Source of the DNA: Mesotaenium endlicherianum
Lineage: Eukaryota
Length of the DNA: 64,000 bases
Direction of reading: 5' to 3'
Assembly (NCBI GenBank): GCA_009602735.1
Contig: WELA01002990.1
Span: forward strand, 1-64,000
Part shown: positions 62,501 to 64,000 of the stretch, piece by piece
Position numbering within the stretch: the first letter of the stretch is position 1
Layout of the letters: each line of letters starts with the position of its first letter
Notes under the pieces: model-generated
The model's database searches: none
Told to the model about the DNA's origin: nothing
The model's input: the letters and a program-made list of their open reading frames with translations, nothing else
Translations under genes and position numbers: made by a program

Positions 62501-64000
62501 GCCCCTATCCCGGAAGGCAAAGCACACCCATGCAGGTACCTGCCTGCAGTAGGCGCACGGTTTTACTGGGAGCCTGGGTCGCTCGTCTTTCCTCCCCATC
62601 TGGCGGGTCGAGACAGAGTAGGGGCCAGAGGCCAGCAATTAGGGGCAAGTGTGTACGCGCAGGCACGTGGGCAGGCCTTCCCACTGAGCGTGGAGAGTCC
62701 CTCCTAAGAGGCCAGGTGTACTTTGGAGGCGAGTTGAGGGCCTGAGCTCCTCAGCGACAGGGGTAGAACGAGGAAGAGCAAGAGCAAGAGGACGAGCACG
62801 AGCACGAGGCAGGCTGGGAAGCGATTGGGGAAGCAGAAGAGGAGGGGCACCTGCAGGGCTCGCAGCTCCGCCTTGGCCGCTCTCGCCGCCCGCCTCTGCA
62901 AGAAAAGCAAGGACAAGGAAGGGGGAGGGGCGGGGTCAGAACAGACGGCACACGTCAGCAGCCGGCAGCCGCAGAGATGCAAGGCAGCGAGCAGCTCAGG
63001 TGCGAGAGCACTGGCTGGTACGCGACGGACACAAGCATGAGCTCCATCATTACACTGAAAAGAGCTAGTAAACATTCAGCAAACGAGTACTAAGTACATG
63101 TACACCCACACGCACATATCTGACCCGCGCATATGTATCTGCGTGCGCGTCCATGCTTTCCGGCGCGCGCGCCGGTACACGTGCAGCGAGTATGTTCGTG
63201 TGCATGTGAGCATCCAAGTGCCTAATTTACAAGCGTGTGTTATATTTAACAGATGTACAAAGAACTGAGCAGACACATTTTGAGCTCGAGTCTTTGGAAT
63301 TCGAAGATCTTTAGGCATATCCATGCCTGTCCACGCACGCTCGCACGCTCACACACAATGACGGCACACGAACGCGTGAACTGTAATACAGGTGCTCACA
63401 AGGAAAGGCCACGTGTACTACTGCATGCTCCTCCAGAATGAGTGGGGGAGGCAGGTCGAAGGAATAACTCAATTTTGGGGGGGGGGGGGGNNNNNNNNNN
63501 NNNNNNNNNNNNNNNNNNNNNNNNNNNNNNNNNNNNNNNNNNNNNNNNNNNNNNNNNNNNNNNNNNNNNNNNNNNNNNNNNNNNNNNNNNNNNNNNNNNN
63601 NNNNNNNNNNNNNNNNNNNNNNNNNNNNNNNNNNNNNNNNNNNNNNNNNNNNNNNNNNNNNNNGTGTGGGGTGGGCGAGGGGAGGGAAAGTGAAACATCA
63701 AAAACACACTAAAGAAACTACTTAAGTGCGCACGCTTACTTTGGGTTCAGAATCGAACACAGGACTCGGGACAGAGTACAATAAGGCCTTGGGCAGCTCC
63801 AGGTTCCGCGATTCTGAGTGGAGTGCTTGCGGGAGTGGTTGCACAGGCAGAGGAGCTCTCCGAAGTTATACCTGGGGGGTTATATCTGAATTACGGCTGC
63901 GTCCAGGGTATTTGGGCCCCGTTATAATGTTAGCGTTTGGGTTAGGGGCCTGCAGGGGTTATGAGGGGGGGGCACCTCTTCTTGGAGGTGGAGCTCGAGC

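Overview
Eukaryotic, intron-rich, repeat-rich draft scaffold of a green plant-lineage organism (plant-type genes; a streptophyte alga is my guess and cannot be proven here). It has 5 N gaps, so most short ORFs in the track are noise. Host genes were reconstructed by hand from splice sites: an 8-exon NTF2/SnoaL-like gene (7796-11069, +), Mediator subunit 8 (13797-19194, -, two exons probably lost in gaps), a ~800-aa unknown gene (33365-37103, +), an RPL27a pseudogene (1778-2218) and an orphan DUF2064-like exon. Mobile DNA dominates. There are two intact, near-identical 6680-bp Ty3/Gypsy chromoviruses in convergent inverted orientation (24984-31663 +, 52848-59527 -), each with its own TSD. There is also a Ty1/Copia element (44616-50130) with near-identical LTRs, a broken RT and no TSD, older Gypsy remnants (1-1295), and an unclassified ~3-kb inverted dispersed repeat. 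Most notable: both chromovirus copies carry the same CC (5' LTR) versus GG (3' LTR) difference at the predicted transcription start, which canonical reverse transcription should erase. The Gypsy and Copia elements also share a variant tRNA-iMet primer-binding site.
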